Of a stretch of DNA of 64,000 nt, positions 9,679-20,391 are shown piece after piece (positions within the stretch are counted from its first letter, which is position 1; each line of letters opens with the position of its first letter). The notes beneath the pieces are model-generated. The model saw nothing but the letters and a program-made list of their open reading frames with translations. It had not been told where the DNA came from and did no database searches. The position numbers and the translations under genes are program-made. The stretch comes from an uncultured Alphaproteobacteria bacterium (lineage in GTDB: Bacteria; Pseudomonadota; Alphaproteobacteria; Puniceispirillales; Puniceispirillaceae), in contig CALSNN010000001.1 of assembly GCA_943787735.1 (NCBI GenBank), positions 130,239-194,238 on the forward strand, in the 5' to 3' direction.

Positions 9679-10686
9679 TTACAAAAATTTGCCAATGGCG
9701 GCGGCATTATCCAGCATTCGGCAGGAAAAGCCCCATTCATTGTCATACCATGCCAATACCCGAACCAAACGCTTGTTCAATACGCTTGTTTGGGTCAGGT
9801 CGGCAACTGAAGAATGCGGGTCATGGTTAAAATCAATCGAGACGAGCGGGCGCTCATTGACGCCAAGAACACCCTTCATTGGTCCATTTGCGGCCGCGAT
9901 AAGAAGCTGATTGATTTCTTCAATTGATGTGTCGCGGCTTGTTGTGACCACCAGATCGACAACCGAAACATTGGCTGTTGGGACACGAATGGCCGATCCT
10001 GACATCTTGCCTTGCAATTGCGGCAGAACCTCGCCAACCGCTTTTGTGGCGCCGGTTGAGGTTGGGATCATTGACATGGCGGCGGCGCGGGCGCGGCGCA
10101 AATCCTTATGGCTTGAATCAAGCGTTGGCTGATCGCCAGTATAGGCGTGGATTGTTGTCATATAGCCAGCTTCAATGCCAACATTATCAGCCAGAACCTT
10201 GGCAACAGGGGCAAGACAATTGGTCGTACATGACGCGTTTGACACCACATCGGCATCAGCCGTTAACAGGCTGTCATTGACGCCAAAAACAATGGTTTGA
10301 TCGGCGTTTTTGCATGGTGCGGAAACAAGCACTTTTTTCGCACCCGCGGCAAGATGCGCTGCCGATGCTTCGCGATTATTGAATTTTCCCGAACATTCCA
10401 GAACAATATCAACGCCATGTGCCGCATGCGGAATATTGGCTGGATCGCGTTCGCGGCTCATATGGATTTTACCACTGCCAACATCCATCCAGTCCTCGCC
10501 ATGCGTTACCGTGCCGACAGCGCGTCCATGAACCGAGTCAAATTCATACAGATGTGCTGAGGTTTCAACCGGTCCGGGGCTGTTGATCAGCACAACTTCC
10601 ATATCCTGATGCCCCATTTCCTGAAAAGCACGAAGTGTCATCCGGCCAATGCGGCCAAATCCGCTGATCGCCAATTTTAATGTCAC
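9679..10686 (-). CDS. gap: Type I glyceraldehyde-3-phosphate dehydrogenase
   Basis: GFGRIGR, SNASCTTNCLAP, WYDNEWGFS; GTG start with AAGGAG RBS. Confidence 0.97.
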   Translation of the reverse strand: MTLKLAISGFGRIGRMTLRAFQEMGHQDMEVVLINSPGPVETSAHLYEFDSVHGRAVGTVTHGEDWMDVGSGKIHMSRERDPANIPHAAHGVDIVLECSGKFNNREASAAHLAAGAKKVLVSAPCKNADQTIVFGVNDSLLTADADVVSNASCTTNCLAPVAKVLADNVGIEAGYMTTIHAYTGDQPTLDSSHKDLRRARAAAMSMIPTSTGATKAVGEVLPQLQGKMSGSAIRVPTANVSVVDLVVTTSRDTSIEEINQLLIAAANGPMKGVLGVNERPLVSIDFNHDPHSSVADLTQTSVLNKRLVRVLAWYDNEWGFSCRMLDNAAAIGKFL

Positions 10687-10770
10687 GAGACAGTCTCCTT
10701 GGTTTGTTCTGCTGACCGATGATGGTTTGGCCAGATATCATCCAGAAATTATATGTCTAAAAAGATCTGC

Positions 10771-12747
10771 TTACCCAATTTGGCGTTTTGCCGCTACGAC
10801 AATGGCGTCAGCGGTAATGCCGAAATGATTATACAGATCATCAATCGGTGCCGAGGCACCAAATCCGGTCATGCCGATAAAGCTGTCGGTCTCGCCAAGC
10901 AGCCAATCCCAGCTTTGACGCAGCCCAGCCTCAACAGCAATGCGCGGCGTCTTGCCAAGCACCTGCTGGCGGTAGGTAGCATCCTGCATGGCAAAAAGAT
11001 CAAGACAAGGCACCGAAACAACAGCAGCATTGATGCCGCTATCAGCAAGCTGTTTTTGCGCCTCAATGGCAATGCCAACTTCGGATCCTGATGCCAGCAA
11101 AGTGATCTGGCGTGCGCCGTCACAATCAACGGCAACATAAGCGCCTTTTGCGGTTTTGTTTTCGGCCATGTCGCCATGCCGGAATTGTGCCAGCCCTTGC
11201 CGGCTCAATGCCAGAATCGATGGCGTGGCTTTGGCCTCAAGCGCGGTTTGCCATGCCTCGGCGGTTTCCACAGCGTCACCGGGGCGGAACACGAATAAAT
11301 TTGGCATGACACGAAGCGCGGCAAGATGTTCAACGGGCTGATGCGTCGGGCCATCTTCGCCAAGACCAATCGAATCATGCGTCATGACATAGATAACGCG
11401 CTGTTCCATCAATGCTGACAAACGAATGGATGGACGGCAATAATCGGTAAAGACCATAAAGGTGCCGCCATAAGGGATGGCCCCACCATGAAGGGCAATG
11501 CCGTTCATTGCTGCGGCCATACCATGCTCGCGAACACCGTAATGAATATAGGTGCCGCCATAATTGCCATGATCGAAAATTGTGTGATCGGCAACGCGTG
11601 TATTGTTTGATCCGGTTAGATCGGCCGATCCGCCAAATAGGGTCGGGCAGACTGGCAAAATAGCTTCGATGGCTTTCTGGCTGGCAACGCGCGTTGCCAG
11701 TTTTTGTGGCGCGCTTGCCAACTGGTTTTTCCAAGCAAGAACCGCATTGGCAACAGCCTTGTCAAAATCATTGGCAATGGCGGCATCAAAGGCAGTCTTG
11801 TTCTGGCTAGTCGCATGCCGATCTTGCCATGATTGATGCGCCGCCGCGCCGCGAGCGCCAACAGCGCGCCATTCGGCCAGAATATCGGCGGGGATTTCAA
11901 AAGCCGGATGCGGCCAACCAAGCGTTTCGCGGGCCAGCGCAATTTCAGCATCGCCAAGCGGCGCGCCATGAACACCTGACGTGCCTTGTTTATTTGGCGA
12001 CCCAAGGCCGATCACGGTTTTGCAGCAGATCAGGCTTGGCCGGTCATCTGCCTGGGCGGCGCTAATGGCGGCGGAAACGGCGTCCATATCATGCCCGTCA
12101 CAGCTGAGAACCTGCCAGCCATAGGCCTCGAAGCGGCCGCCAGTATCATCCGATGTCGACAAGTCAGTGCTGCCGTCAATTGAAATGCTGTTATCATCAA
12201 ACAGCACGATCAACCGACCAAGCTTCATATGGCCTGCCATCGAGGCGGCTTCATGACTAACGCCCTCCATAAGACAGCCATCACCGGCAATGACATAAGT
12301 GTGATGATTGACCAGATCATCGCCATAGCGTGCGGCCATATGACGTTCGGCCATCGCCATGCCAACAGCATTGGCAATGCCCTGACCAAGCGGGCCAGTC
12401 GTGGTTTCAATGCCTTTGGCATGACCAAATTCGGGATGTCCGGCGGTGCGTGCGCCAAGCTGGCGGAAATTGCGAATCTGGTCGATGGTCATATCTTCGT
12501 AACCGGTAAGATGCAAAAGCGCATAAATCAGCATCGAGCCATGTCCGGCAGATAGAACAAAACGGTCACGATCAGGCCAGTTAGGGCTGGCCGCATCAAA
12601 TTTCAGATGGTCACAAAATAGCGCGGTTGCGGCATCGGCCATGCCCATTGGCATGCCCGGATGGCCCGAATTGGCGGCTTGAACAGCGTCCATTGCAAGA
12701 GCCCGAATCGCATTTGCCATAGTTTGACGTTGAGACGAATTCGGCAT
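10771..12747 (-). CDS. tkt: Transketolase
   Basis: SGHPGMPMG, GDGCLMEG, THDSIGLGEDGPTHQP; ATG 12747 follows GGAGG. Confidence 0.98.
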   Translation of the reverse strand: MPNSSQRQTMANAIRALAMDAVQAANSGHPGMPMGMADAATALFCDHLKFDAASPNWPDRDRFVLSAGHGSMLIYALLHLTGYEDMTIDQIRNFRQLGARTAGHPEFGHAKGIETTTGPLGQGIANAVGMAMAERHMAARYGDDLVNHHTYVIAGDGCLMEGVSHEAASMAGHMKLGRLIVLFDDNSISIDGSTDLSTSDDTGGRFEAYGWQVLSCDGHDMDAVSAAISAAQADDRPSLICCKTVIGLGSPNKQGTSGVHGAPLGDAEIALARETLGWPHPAFEIPADILAEWRAVGARGAAAHQSWQDRHATSQNKTAFDAAIANDFDKAVANAVLAWKNQLASAPQKLATRVASQKAIEAILPVCPTLFGGSADLTGSNNTRVADHTIFDHGNYGGTYIHYGVREHGMAAAMNGIALHGGAIPYGGTFMVFTDYCRPSIRLSALMEQRVIYVMTHDSIGLGEDGPTHQPVEHLAALRVMPNLFVFRPGDAVETAEAWQTALEAKATPSILALSRQGLAQFRHGDMAENKTAKGAYVAVDCDGARQITLLASGSEVGIAIEAQKQLADSGINAAVVSVPCLDLFAMQDATYRQQVLGKTPRIAVEAGLRQSWDWLLGETDSFIGMTGFGASAPIDDLYNHFGITADAIVVAAKRQIG

Positions 12748-13075
12748 TGTAGCCTCCAAAGATCGCTGGTTTGAATGTCAGGCAAGATCATGCTGTTTTT
12801 TTGGGCACAATCGACAAGTAATTGATGAGCCGCAATTTGCCCTTGTTGGGCGCGTTCGTCAATGCATCAACGCCAAGATTGCCTTGGCCAAACAGATCAT
12901 CTTTCTGGCGTAAGTCATATTTTGCGCTTTATTTCGATTCGTAATTCAGGCAAGCTTTGGTTCATAACATATTATGTTCTAGAGAAAAAACCGTCCTATT
13001 GTTTTGTCTGTTTCGGCTGTAATGCATGCCATAGGATAGCAATCGGCACGGTTGGCAAGAGAGATTTGGCAGGTA

Positions 13076-13330
13076 ATGACGCGATTGCAAAATGCCGAAA
13101 AACAGCTAAGCGACGCCCTTGTCGCATTGGAATCGGCAGTTGAATCGGTGATCGAGGCTTCTGCATCAAATGCCGTTGCGGCGCCCCCATCAACGGCTGA
13201 TTTTGCGGCGCTGATCGACGAGGTCAGTGGAATTGAGGCCAAGCTTGGCGAAGCCATGCAGGTCATTGCCGATATTGACGCGGCGCAAACAAGCGCGGCC
13301 AATGCTGGCAACACAGGAGACAGCCAATGA
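13076..13330 (+). CDS. Small coiled-coil protein upstream of zapA (ZauP/ZapB-like)
   Basis: Helical heptad pattern; ATGA overlap with zapA; position typical of the alphaproteobacterial zauP-zapA pair. Confidence 0.65.
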   Translation: MTRLQNAEKQLSDALVALESAVESVIEASASNAVAAPPSTADFAALIDEVSGIEAKLGEAMQVIADIDAAQTSAANAGNTGDSQ

Positions 13331-13701
13331 GCCAGTCAGTTGTCACCATTCGGTTGAACGGCCATCCCTATCAGATCGGCTGTGGTGCGGGTGAAGAAGA
13401 ACATGTTGCCAATTTGGGGGCTGAAGTTGAATCGATCATGCAGTCGCTTGTCGGTTCGGTTGGTCAGATTGGTGAAGCGCGGTTGCTGGCGATGGTGGCA
13501 CTGATTCTGGCAGATCGCGCAGGCACGGCGGCAGCGGCAAATGGTTCATCGAACGCAGCGACGCCAACCGCCCCGTCTGCAGGCGCATCTGCCGATGATG
13601 GGAATGCGGCCGAAGATCGGGCTGCCGCGCTTTTGGAAGATGCGGCGATAAAGATTGCCAAGCTCACATCAAAGCTTGCATTTGATGTGACAAAACCCTA
13701 A
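13327..13701 (+). CDS. zapA: Cell division protein ZapA
   Basis: VTIRLNGHPYQIGCGAGEEEH...GEARLLAMVALILAD; synteny with 6S RNA and ygfA. Confidence 0.9.
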   Translation: MSQSVVTIRLNGHPYQIGCGAGEEEHVANLGAEVESIMQSLVGSVGQIGEARLLAMVALILADRAGTAAAANGSSNAATPTAPSAGASADDGNAAEDRAAALLEDAAIKIAKLTSKLAFDVTKP

Positions 13702-13712
13702 ATGATGCCGTA

Positions 13713-13867
13713 GGCGACGACTGCGTTTTCGCGTTTAGTTTTTCAATCCCTGGGGCCATAAATTTTCTCTCGGGAGCTGCCTCTGGCCGGGCCGTGGTTT
13801 GGTTATGTGGCACCCACCTGCAAAGCAGGTCACAGAGGATGATACAACGACGGTTAAGGTGGTCGCC
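13713..13867 (+). ncRNA. ssrS: 6S RNA
   Basis: Between zapA and ygfA; closing stem GGCGAC/GTCGCC; alphaproteobacterial 6S-like segments ATCCCTGGGGCC, GGGAGCTG, GCACCCACCTG, CAGAGGAT, ACGG. Confidence 0.88.
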
Positions 13868-13899
13868 GCCGCTTTCTTGCTATTGGCCATGAGGCTTGA

Positions 13900-14523
13900 A
13901 TGTCACAAAGGACGTCTGGCTTGTCCAAAGCCAATCTTGATCCGGCTGCAGCAAAAGTGGCTTGCCGCAAGCTGGCGGCGCAAAACCGCACCCTTCTTGC
14001 CGCGCGTGAAACGCATGCTGCCACTTTACTGGCCACACATGCCGAGTGTTTGATTGATCGCTTTGGCCGCGGTATTTACGCCGCCTATTTCCCCATTCGC
14101 AGTGAATTATCGCCGCTTGATCTATTGGCGCGCCTTGCCGATTTGGGCTGTGCGTCGGCCTTGCCCGTAACGCCTGCCGAAGGCCAGCCGTTGCGCTTTC
14201 ATCGCTGGGCGGTTGGTGATCGGCTTGATGACGGGCCTTATGGCACCAAACAGCCGCCTGCAGATCATGCACTTTGTCGTCCTGATGTGATTCTGGCACC
14301 GATGTTGGCGTTTGATTCGGCTGGCTGGCGGCTTGGTTATGGTGGCGGGTTCTATGATCGCACTCTTGCTGTTCTCAGGGGCGCAGGGCATCATCTATCG
14401 GTAATTGGCATTGCCTATGATGGTCAAAAGCTGGACAAAATACCGGTTGGCCCCTATGACATGCCGCTTGATGCGGTTCTTAGCCCGACCGGTTTGTTCG
14501 CGCCGGTGCATCCGCAAAATTGA
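13900..14523 (+). CDS. ygfA: 5-formyltetrahydrofolate cyclo-ligase
   Basis: PMLAFDSAGWRLGYGGGFYDRTL; DMPLD. Confidence 0.95.
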   Translation: MSQRTSGLSKANLDPAAAKVACRKLAAQNRTLLAARETHAATLLATHAECLIDRFGRGIYAAYFPIRSELSPLDLLARLADLGCASALPVTPAEGQPLRFHRWAVGDRLDDGPYGTKQPPADHALCRPDVILAPMLAFDSAGWRLGYGGGFYDRTLAVLRGAGHHLSVIGIAYDGQKLDKIPVGPYDMPLDAVLSPTGLFAPVHPQN

Positions 14524-14614
14524 TTTGATTGCCACTGGCGGTAAAACGCCCAAGTGATCGAGACATGCCAAGCAATGCCGCCGATTGGCGGCATATCAAC
14601 AAGGATACAGCATA

Positions 14615-15412
14615 ATGCGCGTTTTGTTTTTGGGAGATATTGTTGGCCGGACGGCGCGCAATGAAGTGATCGAGCAAATGCCGGTTCTGCGTGAAGAGTT
14701 GGCGCTCGATTTCATCGTGGTGAATTGTGAAAATGCGGCTGGCGGTTTTGGCATCACGCCAAAGATCTGTGATGCGCTTTTTGCCGCTGGTGCCGATGTT
14801 CTGACAACGGGCAATCATGTCTGGGACAAAAAAGAGATTATTGATTATATCGCGTCTGAACCGCGTTTGCTGCGGCCGTTGAACATGGCTGAAGGCACCC
14901 CGGGAAAAGGCATTGTTCAGGTGACGAATGCTGCTGGAAAGCGGCTTGTTGCGGTGAATTTGATGACCAATTTATTCATGGCAGTAAATGATCCGGTCTT
15001 TCCGGCATTAAATGATGCGCTGGTGCGCAACAAGCTTGGCCGTGATGCCGACTTCATCTTGATCGATGTTCATGGCGAGGCAACGTCGGAAAAAATGGCG
15101 CTTGGCCATTATGCTGATGGCAGGGCCTCGCTTGTGGTGGGAACACACACGCATGTGCCAACGGCCGATCACCGTGTTTTGGCAGGTGGCACGGCCTATC
15201 AGAGCGATGCCGGTATGTGCGGCGATTATGATAGTGTGATTGGCATGGACAAAGGCGCGGCGACTGACCGTTTCCTTGGGCGTGGCAATAGCCGTCTTTC
15301 GGTCGCGCTTGGGCCGGTAACGCTGAGCGGTGTGATTGTCGAAACAGGTGAAACCGGCCTTGCTACCGCCATCTATCCGCTTCGCCGTGGCGGGGTTTTG
15401 TCTTCGAGCTAG
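14615..15412 (+). CDS. YmdB-like (TIGR00282-type) metallophosphoesterase
   Basis: LFLGDIVG, NCENAAGGFG, TTGNH, DVHGEATSEK, VGTHTHVPT. Confidence 0.93.
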   Translation: MRVLFLGDIVGRTARNEVIEQMPVLREELALDFIVVNCENAAGGFGITPKICDALFAAGADVLTTGNHVWDKKEIIDYIASEPRLLRPLNMAEGTPGKGIVQVTNAAGKRLVAVNLMTNLFMAVNDPVFPALNDALVRNKLGRDADFILIDVHGEATSEKMALGHYADGRASLVVGTHTHVPTADHRVLAGGTAYQSDAGMCGDYDSVIGMDKGAATDRFLGRGNSRLSVALGPVTLSGVIVETGETGLATAIYPLRRGGVLSSS

Positions 15413-15581
15413 CCGATGCGTCATCTTTGCCAGCCATAACGGCCGTGACGAAAAATGAGTGGCAAGGCTGGTTCCCCAAGCTTTGATCTGTTATACCGGT
15501 GCGGATCGGATCGTGCCGCTGGCTTGAGCCGAAAACAGATAAGCAAACCAGACATTAAAGCAGATAAAGCAATAAGAGATC

Positions 15582-16322
15582 ATGGCAGGCCATTCCAAAT
15601 TCAAAAATATCATGCACCGCAAAGGTGCGCAGGACAAAAAACGGGCAAAGGTTTTTGGTCGTCTTATCAAAGAGCTGACCGTCGCCGCGCGAAGCAGCAC
15701 TGATCCTGATTCAAACCCACGCTTGCGCTCGGCCCTATCGGCGGCCCGCGCGGCTAATATGCCCAAGGATAATATCGAACGCGTGCTGAAACGCGCCGAG
15801 GGTGGCGAGGGTGAAAATTATGATGAAATCCGCTATGAGGGCTATGGCCCGGGTGGTACGGCATTGATCGTTGATGCGATGACCGATAATCGTAACCGTA
15901 CCGCATCTGAAGTGCGCGCCGCCTTTAATAAATTTGGCGGTTCGCTTGGCGAAACAGGATCGGTAAGCTTTATGTTTGATCGGGTAGGCCAGATCATCTA
16001 TCCGGCTGATGTGACCGATGCCGATACGATGTTCGAAGCGGTGTTTGAAGCGGGTGCCGAAAATGTGGAATCGGATGAAACTGGCCATGAAGTGATTTGC
16101 GCGCCGGATGATTTTAACGCCGTTCGCGAGGCGTTGGAAACGGTGTTTGGTGCGCCCGAAGAATCGGGTCTGACGTGGAAACCGCAAAATTTGATCGCCG
16201 TTGATGAGGGGCAGGCCTCGACCTTGTTAAAGCTTCTTGATGCGCTTGACGATAATGACGATGTACAGAATGTGTCGTCAAATTTTGATATTTCGGACGA
16301 CGTCATTGCCAAGCTTACCTAA
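15582..16322 (+). CDS. yebC: YebC/PmpR family protein
   Basis: [29 protein letters not shown]; upstream of ruvC. Confidence 0.96.
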   Translation: MAGHSKFKNIMHRKGAQDKKRAKVFGRLIKELTVAARSSTDPDSNPRLRSALSAARAANMPKDNIERVLKRAEGGEGENYDEIRYEGYGPGGTALIVDAMTDNRNRTASEVRAAFNKFGGSLGETGSVSFMFDRVGQIIYPADVTDADTMFEAVFEAGAENVESDETGHEVICAPDDFNAVREALETVFGAPEESGLTWKPQNLIAVDEGQASTLLKLLDALDDNDDVQNVSSNFDISDDVIAKLT

Positions 16323-16331
16323 GCGGGGCCG

Positions 16332-16910
16332 ATGATGCGGATCCTTGGCATCGACCCCGGATTGCGATGCACCGGCTGGGGCGTTATCGCCGTTGTTGGT
16401 GGGCGGTTGCAGCATATTGCCAATGGCGCGATCCAGCCCAAGCCCGCCCTTGATGATGCCTCGCGGTTACAAATTATTTTTGATGGGCTTTGCGAGGTAA
16501 TTACCCTTCACCAGCCCGATCAGGCGGCAATTGAACAAATCTTTGTGGCAAAATCAGCCGGATCGGCGCTTCGCCTTGGTATGGCCCGCGGTGTTGGCAT
16601 CCTTGCTTGTGGGGTCAATCGGCTTGGTGTTGCCGAAATTTCGGCGCGCGCTGTCAAAAAGGCTGTTGCTGGCACCGGTACGGCCGATAAAAAACAAATC
16701 CAGGATATGGTCACACGCCTGCTGGCAGTCACGGCGCAAAATGCCGATGCTGCCGATGCGCTGGCAATTGCGATTGCCGCAAGCAATGAGGCTGGTACAG
16801 CGGCGTCAGTCGGGGTAGTGTTAGATAAGGGACAAGCGGGCAATGGTCTGTCAGCGGCTATCGCAGCGGCGCTTGCCCGAGATGATGCCAGCAATGGGGG
16901 CAAGACATGA
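16332..16910 (+). CDS. ruvC: Holliday junction resolvase RuvC
   Basis: RILGIDPGL..TGWG, AIEQIF, DAADALAIAI. Confidence 0.95.
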   Translation: MMRILGIDPGLRCTGWGVIAVVGGRLQHIANGAIQPKPALDDASRLQIIFDGLCEVITLHQPDQAAIEQIFVAKSAGSALRLGMARGVGILACGVNRLGVAEISARAVKKAVAGTGTADKKQIQDMVTRLLAVTAQNADAADALAIAIAASNEAGTAASVGVVLDKGQAGNGLSAAIAAALARDDASNGGKT

Positions 16911-17548
16911 TTGCGCAATTGCGTGGCACCATAGTGCGAACCGATGATCAGCAAACGATCCTTGATGTTCATGGCGTTGGCTATGCGGTCAATATTTCTG
17001 GCCGAACCCAAGGCCAGCTTGGCACCATGGCAGGTGAGGTTACGCTATTAACCGAAATGCAGGTCCGCGAAGACAGCATGACCCTATTTGGCTTTCTTGA
17101 TCTGGCTGAACGCGATGCTTTTCGGCTTTTGATCACGGTTCAGGGCGTTGGTGCCAAGGCGGCGATGGCCATTTTATCGGTGTTGTCGCCAAGTGATTTA
17201 ACCAATGCCATTGTCGCCGGTGACAAGGCAATGGTGGCGCGTGCCGATGGTGTTGGGCCAAAGATTGCCCAGCGTGTGGTCAATGAACTTGGCGAGAAAA
17301 TTGGAAAAATCACCAGCCTTGGTGGGGCCTTGGCCATTGGCGATGCTGGCGGTGGCATGGCTGGCGGCGCGGCTGGCGGATTTGACGGAGCCGCAGCTGG
17401 ATTATTTAGTGATGCGGTTTCGGCGCTGGTTAATCTTGGCTATGGACGCGCCGAGGCACATAGCGCGGTGATGCGTGTTCAGGCAAAGCTTGGCGGAGAC
17501 AATCTTTCAGATGTGATTGCGGCTGCCTTGCGGGAGATGGGCGCATGA
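16907..17548 (+). CDS. ruvA: Holliday junction branch migration protein RuvA
   Basis: [34 protein letters not shown]. Confidence 0.96.
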   Translation: MIAQLRGTIVRTDDQQTILDVHGVGYAVNISGRTQGQLGTMAGEVTLLTEMQVREDSMTLFGFLDLAERDAFRLLITVQGVGAKAAMAILSVLSPSDLTNAIVAGDKAMVARADGVGPKIAQRVVNELGEKIGKITSLGGALAIGDAGGGMAGGAAGGFDGAAAGLFSDAVSALVNLGYGRAEAHSAVMRVQAKLGGDNLSDVIAAALREMGA

Positions 17549-18609
17549 CCCAATCGGATGAGTCCAGCCGCCTGATCGGCGCTGATAGTCAAGAGCGAAG
17601 TGATAATGCTTTGCGGCCAACCTCGCTTGCTGAATTTATCGGGCAGGGCAATGGACGCCGCAATCTTGAAACATTCATTCATGCCGCGCGCGATCGTGGT
17701 GATGCGATGGATCACAGCCTTCTTCACGGGCCGCCGGGTCTTGGCAAAACAACCTTGGCGCAGATCATTGCGGCTGAATTGGGTGTTGGTTTTCGGGCAA
17801 CGTCTGGGCCGGTCATTGCGCGGGCGGGTGATTTGGCCGCTTTGCTTACCAATTTGCGGCCACGCGATGTTTTGTTTATTGACGAAATTCATCGCCTTGC
17901 GCCTGCGGTTGAAGAGGTTCTCTATCCGGCGATGGAAGATTTTCAACTTGATCTTATCATTGGCGAGGGGCCGTCGGCGCGCTCAGTGCGGATTGATTTG
18001 CCGCCATTTACGCTTGTTGGCGCCACAACAAGATCGGGGCTGTTGACAACGCCGCTTCGTGACCGATTTGGCATTCAAATGCGGATGCAGTTTTACACTC
18101 CTGATGAATTGTCACTTATCCTGACCAAACAGGCAATCAAGCTTGGGCTTGATCTTGGCGCTGATGGGGCGGCCGAAATTGCTGGGCGGGCGCGCGGAAC
18201 GCCGCGTGTGGCAGGCCGGTTATTGCGACGGGTTCGCGATATTGCGGCGGTTGAAGCCTCGGGAACAGTAACCGCGGCGGTTGCCGATGCCGCTTTGCAC
18301 CGGCTTGAAGTCGATGCCAATGGCCTTGACCAGATGGATCGGCGCTATCTTGCCTGTTTGGCCGAATCTTATGCTGGTGGGCCGGTTGGCGTGGAAACGC
18401 TGGCGGCGGTATTGTCTGAACAGCGTGATGTTCTAGAAGAGGTGATTGAACCTTATTTGATGCAAACCGGATTATTGATGCGCACACCGCGCGGGCGGTG
18501 CCTGTCGGTTGGTGGTTGGGCCTATCTTGGCATGACGCCGCCTGCATCGGCTGCCAAACAGCTTGATCTTCTGACGCAAATCGCCGGTGATGAGACAGAT
18601 ATCGAATAG
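17545..18609 (+). CDS. ruvB: Holliday junction branch migration ATPase RuvB
   Basis: [33 protein letters not shown]. Confidence 0.98.
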   Translation: MTQSDESSRLIGADSQERSDNALRPTSLAEFIGQGNGRRNLETFIHAARDRGDAMDHSLLHGPPGLGKTTLAQIIAAELGVGFRATSGPVIARAGDLAALLTNLRPRDVLFIDEIHRLAPAVEEVLYPAMEDFQLDLIIGEGPSARSVRIDLPPFTLVGATTRSGLLTTPLRDRFGIQMRMQFYTPDELSLILTKQAIKLGLDLGADGAAEIAGRARGTPRVAGRLLRRVRDIAAVEASGTVTAAVADAALHRLEVDANGLDQMDRRYLACLAESYAGGPVGVETLAAVLSEQRDVLEEVIEPYLMQTGLLMRTPRGRCLSVGGWAYLGMTPPASAAKQLDLLTQIAGDETDIE

Positions 18610-18612
18610 GGT

Positions 18613-19140
18613 ATGATGGTGGGTGATCGGCAAAAAAATCTGGCGGGAAGCCGCGATAATGCCAATCTTGCAGCAAGCGCCGATGCCATGCTTGATGGCC
18701 GTTTTGACGCTGGCAATCATATTTATCCGCTTCGTGTTCAATATGAAGATACCGACGCTGGCGCGATTGTTTATCATGCGCAATATCTGGCCTTTGCCGA
18801 ACGCGCAAGATCGGCATGGCTTCGGTGTCTTGGTATTGACCAGCCAGCGATGCTTGCCGATGACGGTTTCGGTTTTGTTGTGCGCCGTATCGAGATTGAT
18901 TTTCATCGCCCCGCCGGTCTTGGTGATATTCTTGATGTTGACAGCGGCTTGCTTCGGCTTGGCGGCGCATCACTGAAATTACAACAAAAAATCATAAATC
19001 GTGAAAACCGCCATATTCTTGCCCGACTTGTCGTAGACATAGGGCTTGTCGAGCTGGCACATGGAGCGCAGCCAAAAATATGTCGGCTGCCCGCGGCGGT
19101 CAAAGCCAAATTTTCCGGTCTGGCGCTGTCAGATGGATAA
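18613..19140 (+). CDS. ybgC: Tol-pal-associated acyl-CoA thioesterase
   Basis: RVQYEDTDAGAIVYHAQYL.FAERAR hot-dog motif; between ruvB and tolQ; start uncertain. Confidence 0.9.
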   Translation: MMVGDRQKNLAGSRDNANLAASADAMLDGRFDAGNHIYPLRVQYEDTDAGAIVYHAQYLAFAERARSAWLRCLGIDQPAMLADDGFGFVVRRIEIDFHRPAGLGDILDVDSGLLRLGGASLKLQQKIINRENRHILARLVVDIGLVELAHGAQPKICRLPAAVKAKFSGLALSDG

Positions 19141-19201
19141 CCAGCACCGGCGAAATGGTGCGAACGCAAATGCTATTTGGGTGAGAACAGAGGGTAAATA
19201 A

Positions 19202-19927
19202 ATGAATTCTGTGGAGATGACGGTAACCCATTCGAGTGCAGATCTCAGCATCATGGGGTTGTTCTGGGCGGCGGATCCTTTTGTCAAGCTGGTCATGTTG
19301 CTATTGATTTTGGCATCGGTTTGGTGCTGGGCGATTGTGGTGGAAAAAGTCACCATCATTCGGCGTGAGCGGCGTTTGGCGCAGGCCTTTGAAGATGCCT
19401 TCTGGTCAGGTGGTTCGCTTGACAAGCTCTATGATGATACCGGCGCCAATCCGCGCGATGCAATGTCGATTGTGTTTGTTGCCGCGATGCGTGAATGGCG
19501 ACGGGCAACGTCGCGCGGGCTTGCCGATGCCAGCCGCGCCGATTTGCGCGCGTCATTGGTCAGCCGCATCGACCGGTCAATGAATTTTACCATCACACGT
19601 GAAATGGAGCGAATGGAACGCGGGATGAATTTTCTGGCGTCAATCGGCTCGGTTTCGCCGTTTGTTGGCTTGCTTGGCACGGTCTGGGGGATCATGAGTT
19701 CGTTCCAGTCGATCGCCGAGTCAAAAAACACCAGCCTTGCCGTTGTCGCACCCGGGATTGCCGAGGCGCTATTCGCCACCGCGCTTGGGCTTGCCGCCGC
19801 CATTCCGGCAGTGATTGCCTATAATAAATTTGCTGGCGATCTTGAACGATTTGGCGCACGGCTTGAGACATTTGCGCAGGAATTCAGTACGCTTTTGGCG
19901 CGCCAGCTTGATGAAGGCGGCAAATAA
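19202..19927 (+). CDS. tolQ: TolQ
   Basis: SPFVGLLGTVWGIM, VVAPGIAEALFATALGL. Confidence 0.96.
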   Translation: MNSVEMTVTHSSADLSIMGLFWAADPFVKLVMLLLILASVWCWAIVVEKVTIIRRERRLAQAFEDAFWSGGSLDKLYDDTGANPRDAMSIVFVAAMREWRRATSRGLADASRADLRASLVSRIDRSMNFTITREMERMERGMNFLASIGSVSPFVGLLGTVWGIMSSFQSIAESKNTSLAVVAPGIAEALFATALGLAAAIPAVIAYNKFAGDLERFGARLETFAQEFSTLLARQLDEGGK

Positions 19928-20355
19928 TGGGGGCCGGAGTCAAACGATCAACCGGCGGACGGCGGCATCGTCCGATGGGTGAGATTAACGTTACCCCCTT
20001 TGTTGATGTCATGCTGGTACTGCTGATCGTCTTTATGGTAACAGCGCCGCTTTTGACCGTCGGGGTTGAGGTCGATTTGCCGAAAACCAAGGCTGGGGCA
20101 ATCAATGCCGATGCGGCGCCTTTGGTGGTTTCGATCAAAGCTGATGGCAGCCTTTATTTGCAGGAAGCAGCTGTTGACGCCGCGGTTTTGATCCCGCGCC
20201 TGAAGGCCATTTCCAACGCCAATCCTGATGTTCGTATTTTCGTGCGTGGTGATCGGGCAGTGACCTATGGCGATGTGCTTGGTGTTATGGGCCGCATTCA
20301 GGCCGCCGGATTTGAAAAGGTTGCATTAGTGGCCCAGCTTCCTGACGTGAAATAA
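19927..20355 (+). CDS. tolR: TolR
   Basis: EINVTPFVDVMLVLLIVFMVTAP. Confidence 0.96.
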   Translation: MGAGVKRSTGGRRHRPMGEINVTPFVDVMLVLLIVFMVTAPLLTVGVEVDLPKTKAGAINADAAPLVVSIKADGSLYLQEAAVDAAVLIPRLKAISNANPDVRIFVRGDRAVTYGDVLGVMGRIQAAGFEKVALVAQLPDVK

Positions 20356-20391
20356 TGGTCGCTTGATGGAACGTTGCGTGGAACGCTAGAG

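Noticed and set aside
13799-14053. 84-aa ORF starting inside the zapA-ygfA gap
   Set aside because: Overlaps the 6S RNA and ygfA out of frame; the RNA explains the interval.
18137-18973. 278-aa minus-strand ORF and the many other short overlapping ORFs in the track
   Set aside because: They lie antisense or out of frame to well-supported genes and have Arg/Gln/His-rich shadow composition.
20369-20384. GAAC-N8-GAAC before tolA as a LexA box
   Set aside because: Spacer is 8 nt rather than 7, and tolA is not an expected SOS target.
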